Shown: positions 53,349-64,000 of the stretch, in pieces
How the letters are laid out: each line of letters begins with the position of its first letter
Position numbering within the stretch: the first letter of the stretch is position 1
Source of the DNA: Octopus vulgaris
Lineage: Eukaryota
Reading direction: 5' to 3'
NCBI GenBank assembly: GCA_951406725.2
Contig: OX597842.1
Location: forward strand, 5,022,001-5,086,000
DNA: 64,000 nucleotides
Made by a program: the position numbers and the translations under genes
Notes under the pieces: model-generated
Database searches by the model: none
Told to the model about the DNA's origin: nothing
Seen by the model: only the letters and a program-made list of their open reading frames with translations

Positions 53349-56300
53349 ATATGACATGTAATTGCTTTCATTTTGCTGAAAAATGTGTCTTGTAATGTTG
53401 ACTTAAATGATACACAGCTATAATGAAGAAAACGCTAGCTTCCAAATCGTTTTCTGATTGGGTAAACTATTAAACTTTAAACATCTAACATTCAGCGTTG
53501 AGTTGCTGAAACAGAAATTTCATTATAGCAAATATTCAGCTCTACACCACAGATTTGCTTGTCAATTGCTTGACCATACCTACTTGAGCATGTCCCTTAG
53601 TGGCTGACAATATGTGCACCTCTGATCATAGGCAGAAGTAGTAGGAGAACCATGTGTTGAGAAAGATTCTTTGGGGTTTGAATAAATGTAACAAAAGTAA
53701 AGTTTGAATGAAATATTAGCCATTTCTCATACTTTCTAGGGGTCAGCAAACAGGAAATAATAGTTGCTACCCAAGGACAGAAATTGTGTTACACAGTGTT
53801 AGTATTACATAAGGATGGGTGGCTGTAGTTGAGGGGGAGCTGAGAAAGAGAGGTAAAAGCTATGACGACAAGGTGTTAGAGCATACTCTCAAAGGGAAGA
53901 GGATGTGGGTCCAGAAGATAATTAGGAAGTAGTTATGCTTCTTGGCACCACAGAAAGTCAGTGGAGTGTGAAAAGTCTTAGAATTTAGTGAGGGAATAAT
54001 CCTTATACAGGACCTTAAGAAAGGGAAAGTACCAACAGTAGAAGGATTGCTCTCCACTGAAAATAGTGAACAGAGGTTATTGAAATATATTGGTTTCAAA
54101 TTTTGGCACAAGGCCAGCAATTTTGGGGGAGGTGTAAGTCAATTACATTGACCCCAGTACTCAACTGGTACTTATTTTATTGACTCTGAAACGATGAATT
54201 TGCAAAGTCAATCTTGGCAAAATTTGAACTCAGAATGTAAAGACAGATGAAATGCAGCTTAGCATTTTTCCTGGTATGCTAACAGTTCTGCCAGCTTGCT
54301 GTCCTTGGGTTAACGAAATATTTTAACAACAATACAAAAGATTATTTTTCTGTTAAATCTACCGTAAATCCTCGAGTATAGTCTGCCTTTGAGTATAATA
54401 TGCAGGGGATTTTTAGGGGGCTGTACCTCTGAAAAACCTAAACCTTGTGTATAATACGCACCCCTTCTCTAACTTGAGTCAAGGAGGTCTATATAACGTC
54501 CTTGGTTTGTAAAAATGTATACGGTAATGTCCTTTATTATTATTGTATATATAGCATAATGCAAACGTGTAGCTTTTTTGTGCATTTTGTTTGCAGAAAA
54601 TAAAGAAATAACAGTAATAACGTTTAATAAATGTTGCTTACTGCAAGTTATGGATGATTCTTTTATGACTTCATTGCTTTCAGGCTTAGCTTAAGGTATT
54701 TTCACGCCCGACATCACAAAATGCGTCTGAATAAACATTGCTGGACAGCAAATAGAGACTCGGACATTGCTTAGGAATTAATTTTCATTTGTAACCTCAT
54801 ATATAGTACGCACTAGTAGCACCAAATTTAGTTTCCATGGGTTTCCATGGGTTGGATGGTTTGACAGGAGCTGGCCAGCCAAAGGGTAGTCCAAGCTCTA
54901 TTTGTCTCTTTTGGCATGACTTCTTCAGCAGGATGCCCTTTCTAATGCCAACCACTTTACAGTGTGTACTGGGTGCTTTTTATCAGCTGTATTGTAGGTC
55001 CAATACAGCCAATTGATTAAGAAGTTTATTTCTCAATTACAAGGTCCCAGGTTCAATCCTGCTCTGTGGCATCTTGCACAAATGACATCTTCCAGGGTAT
55101 TGAGACACCCCCAACCTTGAGAAACAGAAACTGCATGGAAGACCATCAAGTGGACTGGTACCTGTAATTTAAAAGATATACCCTTGTCACTCACACACAC
55201 ACATTGTGAGAAATGTCTGTGCAATACTCAGCTAATTACATAATTCAGAGGCAGATAACTCTGTTGATTCAACAACTGAATCCTCATTGCCAAATGATGG
55301 AGATCCACCACAAATTGTATTTGTCACCCTTTTTATGCCAACCCACCTGAGACCACTCTTGGTTCTATGATATGAACTTTTAGATTTCAGTGCCACCTCT
55401 AAGCTGTCCCATTTTGTAGATGCAAATAACCATACCAAACTCTGGAACTATTCCAATTCTGAATATTTTAAAGGATTGTGAAGGTGCATGGCTCAGTGGT
55501 TAGGGTACTTGGCTTACAATTGTAAGGTCATGAGTTCGATACCCAACAGGCTGTTGTGTCCTTGATTTAAAGTGTCTTGCTCAAGAACACAACAGGATGG
55601 AGCTCCTTCATGAATCATTTAGGTGCATAAGATCAGTTTTCTGATTTTTGTGGTGTATATATTCTGCCCTGGATGTGATGCCAGTCCATCACAGGGTTAT
55701 TCATTTTTACCAGCTTGGTGGACAGGTGCAACGTGAAATGATGTTTTGCACAAAAACTCAATGTATCACCTGGTCCAGGAACTGAAACCACAATCTTATG
55801 ATCATGAGTTCAACAACCAGACCACTAAACCTTGTGACTCCACAATGAATACTTTGAGTAACTGGTTAGTCCACATTACTCTGTAAGGGGCATAGGATGG
55901 CTACCCATTTTCTCTGGCATATAACCTTAACCCTTATTTTTTTAAGCCTACTATTAACTCTATCAGTTTATTTTGCAAAACTGCTAAGTTATGGGAATGT
56001 ACACAACCAGCAAGTGGTGGGAGACAGACACAAAAATACACACACACATGGGTCGTTGCCAGTGCTGCCTGACTGGCTCCCTGTGTTGGTGGCATGTAAA
56101 AAGCAGCATCCGAATGTGGTCGACACCACCACCACCACCACCCTGACTGGCTCCTGTACAGTAGCATGAAATGCACCCACTACACTCTCAAAGTGGATGA
56201 TGTTAGGAAGGGCATCCAGCTGTAGAAACATTGCCAGATCAGATTGGAGCCTGGTGTGGCCTCCTGACTTGCTAGTCCCCAGTCAAACTGTCCAACCCAT

Positions 56301-56429
56301 GCCAGCATGGAAAACATGCTAAACAATATATACATACATATGTGTGTGTGTATATATATACACACATATATATATATACATGTGTGTGTATATATAGACA
56401 CACATGTCCTCTGGAGTCAGGAGTGGAGG

Positions 56430-57615
56430 GTGGCATGTCCTTAAGCAGTCGTTCAATTCTGTAGAGAAATTGGCACAGCCTAATCTTATTATTTTTTAAT
56501 GCACACCATTCATTTACAATTTCAATTGCTGTGAACAGTACTTTTTGCTGTTTTACATATCCTTGGTTTCCTCATTTTTCTCCATGTATCCACATTTATG
56601 ACAGAAATATCACTACCTGTATCCAACTGTAGTTTAATATTTACACCATTTATTTTTACGACTATGAATTTTCTTGTTTTGTGTCATATTCACCTTCTGC
56701 TGAAAGTGCCTTAGAACTTTTTGCATTTGACCTTTGTAATCTTGTCCTACAGTGTGAGCCTTTGTGACCAAGTTTCTGACAACTATAGTATTTTTAGTTT
56801 TAAAACGGACATTCCTTTCTGAAGAGTAGGTCTCCACATCTGTAACATGGATTAGGGCCTGGTACTCTTTTTTGGCTGTACTTTCTGGGTTGACACATTT
56901 GTACTTTTGTGGAATCTTTCTCTTGAATTTTTTTTCACATTGTGCTTCAGGTTTACCATTGTTTGACATTCTTCTGCAATGGTCTGTAGGGTTAAGTCTT
57001 GGTTTGCTTGCTCCATTTTTGAGAGAATCCTTGCCTGAATTTCTTTGCCTTCAGTTGCCGTCATGCCTTGTATGAAGATAAGGAATTTAAACATATCCTG
57101 AGTGAGTTCCTGAAGCTTAAACTTTTCACACATATGGTTGACTACTCCAGCATATGTAATAAAGTCATCATCATAATTTTTTGTTAAATTCCCACACTCC
57201 ATTCAAGTGTTAAATAAGGAACTTTTGTCACAAAAAATCTTTGACAGTAATTCAATAGCTTCTTGGAAACCAATCTCACTCGACTTTTTGGCCAATAGCA
57301 TTCATGCTCGGCTGGAGCTACCTTGCATAGTAATAGCCTTACTTTTTCCTCATTCAACCATGACTTACAATCTTTGTTAAAAATTTTCTCACGCTTTCTA
57401 TAGTACACAGGAAATGTCATATCCTCCTCCAGATTATAAGTGAATTCAGAAATCGAGTTCGCCACGCCATCTGGTGTAAACAAACTTACTGAATTTTTGG
57501 ACATCCTTGACTGTAACTCATTTAACTGTTGTTGTTGTTGTAATACTTGCTTCTGCAACTCCTGTAGTTGCTCCTCTTAAAGCTGTATTACTGCAGCTAA
57601 TAGGTTCTCCATAAT
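56430..57615 (-). mobile_element. Decayed Gypsy-like gag
   Basis: SISEFTYNLEEDMTF...KVRLLL and DDFITYAGVVNHMCEKFKL...FKFLIFIQG...TLQTIAEEC, frameshifted. Confidence 0.75.
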
Positions 57616-57664
57616 TTAGCAATTTGTATGATGCATAAATTTGTATGTGCCAAAATTCGAAATC

Positions 57665-57712
<48 letters not shown>

Positions 57713-57900
57713 ATATATATATATATTATATAAGTTTTGAATGGTATAACAATGCACTATAATACTGACAATGGGCTCGATGACTAAATTACAACAGGTA
57801 TATAGTCCACTGTCTGTATTATAGTGCGTTGTTGTACCATTCAAAACTTTTTATTCTTTACAAACAATACACAATGCCTCAAGCGAACTACAATACTCTC

Positions 57901-57939
<39 letters not shown>

Positions 57940-58279
57940 AGTGTGCATGTGTATATACATATGGGTGTGTGAGCGTGTGTATGTTACTGTCTCTCTGCCT
58001 TGACATCATGATAGTTGTAAACGAATGTCCCCTTCATGCAAACTCTGTCATTCATGTCCAGTCTTCTGTGGAAGCATTTGGCTATGGGGAAATATTACCT
58101 TGCTTGTAAACAGGTGAGTGTTAGCACCAATAAAAGCATCCCACAGTAGAAAATTTGGCTCAAACAAACTCTATATGACCCATGAAAGCATGAAAAGGTG
58201 GACGTTAAAACAATGATGTTCTTGTTGTTGTTACAGCTTCTGTAGAACTTGAACCCTCAGCCTGTCTGTTCATAGTTAC

Positions 58280-59185
58280 TAGCACTCCATGGTTACGACG
58301 ACGAGGATTCCAATTGATCCAATCAACAGAACAGCCTGCTTATGAAATTAACATGCAATTGGTTGAGCATTCCTCAGACATATATAACCGTAACATAGTT
58401 TTCAGGGAGATTCAGTGTAACACAAAATGTGACAAGGCTGGTCATTAGAAACACAGCCGCTACTCATTTTTTTGCCAGCTGAGTGGAGTGGAGCAACTGG
58501 CACTCCATCAGTTACGATGATGCCGGTTCCAGTTGACCTGATCAGCAGAACAGCCTGCTCATAAACCTAACATGAAAGTGGCTGAGTACTCCAGGTAGTT
58601 CTCATGGATATTCAGCATGACAGAATGTAACAAAGCTGGCCCCTTTGAATTACAGCTACAAATCAATCTTGCCAGTTGAGTGAACTGGAGCAGTGTGAAA
58701 TAAAACACCTTGCTCAAGAACACAAAGCACCACTGGAAATTGAACTCACGACCTTATGATTGTGAGCAGAATACCCTAGTCGCTAAGCCATATACCTTCA
58801 CTTTGAATTACAGGTACAACTCGTTCTTTTGCCATTTGAGTGGAGTTGAGTAATGCAAAATAAAGTGTCTTGCTCAAGGACATTGTTACTCTGTTGGTTA
58901 TGATCAACAAACACTCTGTTCATGGAACTAATGTGCAAGTGGCTGAGTACTCCACAGACACACATACCATTAATGTAGTTCTTGGGGAAATTCAGCACGA
59001 CACAGAATGTAACATAGCTGGCCTCCTTTTGAATGACAGGTACAACTCATTTTTGCCAGCTGAGTGGACTGGGGCAACGAGAATTAAAGTGTCTTGCTCA
59101 AAAACACAACACACCACCAGGAATTGAACTCATGACCTTATGATCATAAGCTGAATACCCTAACCACAGCACCACTTGGCTTCAC
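58280..59185 (-). mobile_element. Head-to-tail cluster of a second SINE family
   Basis: Three to four partial units share gtggctgagtactccac...tttttgccagctgagtggactggagcaa. An opposite-orientation copy lies at 33285-33600. Confidence 0.7.
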
Positions 59186-60001
59186 ATGATGTTAGTAGTG
59201 AGATTGCGATGGTGATGGTGTTGATCATGTTTTTATTAGTGGTGGTAGGGTGGTATTAGTGTTGATGGTAGCGGGTAATGGACATGAAGTGGTATTTGTG
59301 TGGTGATAATATTAGGATTGGTGTAGGCAGTATGATGGTAGTGTTGGTAGTGATGGTGGTGGTAATGGTGGTGATGATGGTGGTGTGATGGTACTAGTGG
59401 TACTGGTACTTATGCTGATAGTAATGGTGGTGGTGGTGTTAGTGGTACTGGTGGCAGTGACATTGTTGGTGATGTGTAGTGTGCCATCATAGAACGAGAG
59501 AAGAAAACAAATTACAAAATAAAATCAATTCCGTGAATACAAATTAGTTTAATAATCATTATCATTATCATTATCATCATTATCATCATCATCATCATCA
59601 CTAACAAGCTCCTCCTCATCCTCATCATCATTATCATTACCATCATCATCATCCACATCAACACTATCATTACTTGCATAATAATTATGAAGCTATGCCA
59701 TCCACCCATTGCACCATGTCCCTCATTTGGAGGCGATACCAGGCTGCTGTTTCTGGCATGTCAAGTAATCATAGAGAGGCCCCTTTATTTTGGTTGATAT
59801 CTAGTGGACCAATGAAAAGGTGAGGGGGCAGGAACAGGATAACAGTTGCAATGTTTCCTTAATGTAACTGTTTTCCCCACATCTCCCTAATGTGGCTGGT
59901 TTCTGCAGTGAGGGCCATGAAAACCCATTAAAAAAATGTCTTCCTACTTTCCTCTTCTTCTGTCTCTGTCCTGTTATATAATCCCTCTCACCAGGTGCTC
60001 A

Positions 60002-60604
60002 CTACAGTCTTTTGTTGCTCCTTAACCTATAGTTGAACTTCTGGTTGAGAGGGTTCTGGCTTAAGAAATTCTCCAATGTTAAGTTGCCCAAGGACGAGGG
60101 CTGCGGCACTTTGATGGGGCGCTTGCATTCTGCATTAAGGACATACGTTTCCTTTTTCTGAGGTGAACGATACTGACTGCTCCGTCTACTACTACGCCCT
60201 AGTGGGCATGGACAAGCATTGCTGCTAGTGCATTCTCGCCAATCAAGTGGGCCATACAGTGTGTGCTTGCGTGTTGTGGTAATGTATTCAATGTTGTCAG
60301 TGTTAAAGCCTGCAGCTTTTCCGTTTTGGAAAGTGGGAACAGCACCAGTTGAATTCCTGGTGTTGGCATTAGTACTGTTGGTGTTCCTGAAGGGGGCATT
60401 GTTGTTTCTGTTGCAGTTGATTTTGTTGCTGTTGTTTTTATTGTTGTTGCTGGTGATTGGTGTTTTTGTAGTAATGCTGAATGTGTACTGTGGGCCTCCA
60501 GTTCTCGGTTTCCTGCATTTTGTGTAAGCCGAGTAAGTCACCGCAATATTTGGATGTGTGTTTTCTTTCAGGTCCACTACGTGTATGATACTTCCTGAGT
60601 TCAT
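60002..60604 (-). CDS. Hypothetical 200-aa protein with KEN-box-like motif and Asn-rich low-complexity middle
   Basis: Non-repetitive 200-codon ORF. It lies within an apparent exon bounded by a strong acceptor (ctctttttctcccacag, exon start 60667) and a donor CCTG|GTGAGA at 59992. No family recognised. Confidence 0.6.
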   Translation of the reverse strand: MNSGSIIHVVDLKENTHPNIAVTYSAYTKCRKPRTGGPQYTFSITTKTPITSNNNKNNSNKINCNRNNNAPFRNTNSTNANTRNSTGAVPTFQNGKAAGFNTDNIEYITTTRKHTLYGPLDWRECTSSNACPCPLGRSSRRSSQYRSPQKKETYVLNAECKRPIKVPQPSSLGNLTLENFLSQNPLNQKFNYRLRSNKRL

Positions 60605-60770
60605 GTTTTGTTGGGAAATTGATAAGACACAGCGTCATATAGAAATGGTGGACACAGTGGCAGTTTCCTGTGGGAGAAAAAGAGATATAGTAAGAGCCAA
60701 ATCTCTATAATAATAATGATGATGATAATAATAATAATAATAATAATAATTATAATGATGATGATGATGA

Positions 60771-62420
60771 ACCTCAAGACTAAGACAATACCTGTTGTCA
60801 TAGGTGCTCTAGGAATGATAGCAAAATGGGACAATTGTTACCTATCTCAGATAGCAGAAAATCCAAAAATGGAACAAATTTGAAAAATAGTACTCATGGG
60901 AACTATTCATATCTTATGAAAAATATTGTCTATGTGATTCCAAAAACATTTTAATCTGTAAGCATTATCAAAAGTATTTTTAAACATACATAACAGCAAA
61001 CACCTTTTACTGTCATCTTAAGAACACACTATCATCTTATAATCAAATTACTTTTAAAATAAACTTTTAATTTCCTTATGTTTTGACAGACATTCTCTAG
61101 AACAATACTTCGTGCAAAACCAACTATATGGTACCCTAGTTATAATACTGACTTGAAATTCTAACTTGTTGTCTATTGATGTCTTTGGGTGAGACTTGGA
61201 GTCAACTTGTATAAATACAAAGCAAAAGTCAAACATATAATAATAATAATAGACCAGACATAACAATAATAGATAAGGAATAGTGAAATGCTTACTAACT
61301 AATCCGTCATGACCATTTGATTCCAGGATTGTGAAGAAAGAAGATGAAAAATGAAAAAGAAAATACAATCCCTTAAAATTTGAAATTGCAAGAATTTGGG
61401 GTCTGAAAACTATAAAGGTTGTGCCTGTAATAAATGGTGCATCAGGAAATGTGAATAAAAATATAGACAAATGGTTGAAGGAGATTGGAATGGAATGCCC
61501 TGTAGAGCTTCTACAGAAAGTTTGCCTCTTAGGAACAGAAAAGATTACCCAGAGGGTTTTAAGCACTTGAAAGACTACTTGTGGATGCCTAAGGTTACAG
61601 GTAGCAACCCATATAAATTCTATCAGGAATAAGAATGAGTCTGAATCAAATCAATAATAATGATGATGACGATGATGATGATGAACAAATGCCTAGACTT
61701 GCCCCAAACCATTATAAGTTGTGGTGACATGATGAGGTAGCAAAAGTGCTACAGTGGAAACTATATGAAAAGTGGGATCCAGAGAGAGGCAAGACATGGC
61801 AAGAGATGGTGGCGTTGGGGACCTGCAAAATCCTATGTAATTTCCCAATCCAAACAGACCAGGTGCTTGAGCATAACAAGCTGGACCTAATGGTGATGGG
61901 CACGGTGAACCATGAGCTCTATAACTGTTCGTGTCCGTTGCCAGCCTCGCCTGGCCCTCGTGCCGGTGGCACATAAAAAGCACCATCCGTTCGTGGCCGT
62001 TTGCCAGCTCTGTCTGGCACCAGTGCGGGTGGCACGTAAAAGCACCCACTACACTCACGGAGTGGTTGGCGTTAGGAAGGGCATCCAGCCGTAGAAACAC
62101 TGCCAGATTTGACTGGGCCTGATGAAGCCTTCTGGCTTCACAGACCCCAGTAGAACCGTCCAACCCATGCTAGCATGGAAAACGGACGCTAAACGATGAT
62201 GATGATGATGATGATGGATAGTCAAGAAGGAAGGTAAAAAATAGACATATGTAATACTCTTAAATACAAGATAATGCAACAATGGAAAATGAAGAAGGTG
62301 AAGACAGTGTCAATTATTGCTGGGTCCTTAAGCATCAAGAGGAATATAAAAGAGATCAGAATACAGGGCCCAGAAATCCTCGGCATGATCAGAATCATCA
62401 GGAAAGTGTTAGATAGTTAA
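60771..62420 (+). mobile_element. Three tandem 3' fragments of R4/Dong-like (RLE) non-LTR retrotransposons
   Basis: TIPVVIGALG (60771-60937), NRPDITIID...KVVPVING...LQKVCLLGT (61248-61570), HDEVAKVLQW...PIQTD..LEHNKLD (61690-62420). Each starts in (AAT)n or (GAT)n. Confidence 0.8.
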
Positions 62421-63939
62421 AAAGATAACAAGATAGTGTAGGCTGTAGGTAGCAAGCCTGCAATTCATGCAAGACTCCAGGTGTTCCAGCAAAACCAGAA
62501 TTTAAAAAAAAATCTTTTCTACTATAGGCACAAGGCCTGAAATTTGGGGGAGGGGACTAGCCAATTACATCAACCCCAGTGTTTCACCGGTACTTAATTT
62601 ATTGACCCAAAAGGATGAAAAGTAAAGTCTACCTTGGCAGAATCTGAACTTAGAACATAGTGGCAGATGAAATACCTCTAAGCATTTTGCCCAGTGTGCT
62701 AACAATTGAGCTCCCTGATTAAATTTGAGATCATCATCAAGTTGGATTTAAGAAACAGACACAAAAATGAAAGAAAACTTTTTAATGTAAATCATCAGAG
62801 GAAAATGAACAATTTTTCTCAAAATTGTAAACAACATGTGGAGTCATGATATCAAGATCATGTGTTGCTGCAGTAAAATGTATGCATGAAAGTATAAAAA
62901 ACATGAGGGACTGTGGAAATTATTTATATTGGAACTGTGAATGAAGCTGTGAGTACTAGAACTAATCATATACGCATTCCCATTGCCACACACACGCACA
63001 CTGCTGTTTCTCAATTATACATCAAACAGTATAGTATTTGTGTTTATACAATTCACACATGAATACAAAGTAGCCTCCATATGTACATAAAACAAACAAG
63101 TATCAAGCACACGGTATTTAAATGCTTTTCACAAAAGCTGCAACAAGTTTCTTTCTGAAAAGGGAGAGCTGTGCTCATTGATAAAGCTCCCAAGAAATAG
63201 TGGTGAATTTTGTTCTGAAAAAAGCCCCAGCACATGGCTGGAGGTAGTATTCTGTCAAAAAGTTCACACTGAACATACAGACCCCTCTCTTAATGTCACT
63301 GCCAATACCCAAGTGAAGAACACAACTCGCAACACACACACACAGCTCACAATACAAACACTAATAAAACAAAAGACTCAAGCACAAACTCCAAAACAAA
63401 ATATACAGATGCAATGCAATAAGGGAAGTGTTTGTACTTCCTAAGCAATAAAACACACACACACACACACACAATGTTTAACCCACTGCTGCAGGGTTGT
63501 AAATACTATGTTGATGACCAGCACAGCCCAGCCCATCCAAATGAGGGTAGACAGACCCCTCCAAGACTCCTGTGTACAGGAGTGATAAAAATCACTCCTT
63601 GCCAGTAGGGTTAAAATGGATTTATAACAGGATCTGGTATCGGTATCACTGAAGGGGTGTCGATCCGATCCCGTCACATTCAATTTAGTTAAATATAACA
63701 GACGAAGTCAGGTTATCTGGGAAAGATAGCAAGTGTTGTTTATTATTCGTGATGGTGTACGTATTTCTGAAGGGAAAACGACAGCCGAATCTGTTGTACA
63801 GCTTCTTGTTGGTTGGTTGAAGTGATTCGATGTCGTCCGCGGCTAAGTCGGTATAGTTATCAGAGACTACCAAATGCACGTCTGTTCACGAGGGCTGAAA
63901 TGGCCAGAGAGGGTGATCGAGTTGACTGGGCCTTAGGGG

Positions 63940-63995
63940 TCAGTTTCCCGCACATGCGCATGGGGAAGACTTCCGGTGGCCACCCGGAAGCAGTC
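63940..63995. promoter_or_regulatory. CpG-rich promoter motif cluster (E2F-like, NRF1-like, inverted ETS pair)
   Basis: TTTCCCGC at 63944-63951, GCACATGCGCA at 63950-63960, ACTTCCGGT and CCGGAAG in inverted orientation at 63969-63990. CpG density is locally high over 63640-64000. Confidence 0.6.
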
Positions 63996-64000
63996 CCATT

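Noticed and set aside
55232-55460. Unique exon-like sequence with splice-like sites on both strands
   Set aside because: No recognisable product and no supported partner exons, so strand and frame cannot be assigned.
60635-60637. In-frame TGA as selenocysteine or an edited Trp joining a signal-like peptide to the 200-aa ORF
   Set aside because: It depends on a weak donor (TGG|GTTAAA), and no SECIS or redox motif was seen. A plain uORF is simpler.

Overview
AT-rich, repeat-dense eukaryotic DNA. The SINE/RTE families and the abundant (TA)n, (CA)n and (AAT)n tracts resemble a coleoid cephalopod, probably Octopus (inference from recognition, not a database result). Two genes can be supported, both on the minus strand. 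(1) Five coding exons between 32493 and 10062, joined by hand with consistent GT-AG sites and phases, give a 991-aa type I membrane protein: signal peptide, one CUB-like ectodomain, one TM helix and a ~800-aa disordered tail rich in tyrosine motifs. (2) An unidentified 200-aa ORF (60604-60002) lies downstream of an E2F/NRF1/ETS-like promoter at the window end. A further promoter-like region lies near 38.9-39.1 kb. The rest is mostly decayed mobile DNA: RTE, CR1-like and R4/Dong-like LINEs, Penelope-like GIY-YIG fragments, mariner, Tc1, rosa-like, hAT, a piggyBac-type MITE, a Helitron, Gypsy gag, a solo LTR and SINEs. The most unusual signal is a set of hairpin-shaped Penelope-derived inserts and several type I hammerhead-ribozyme motifs. 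One family of these has the core C3-G8 pair replaced by A3-U8 at three separate loci. All structures were read by eye, so boundaries of decayed repeats are approximate.
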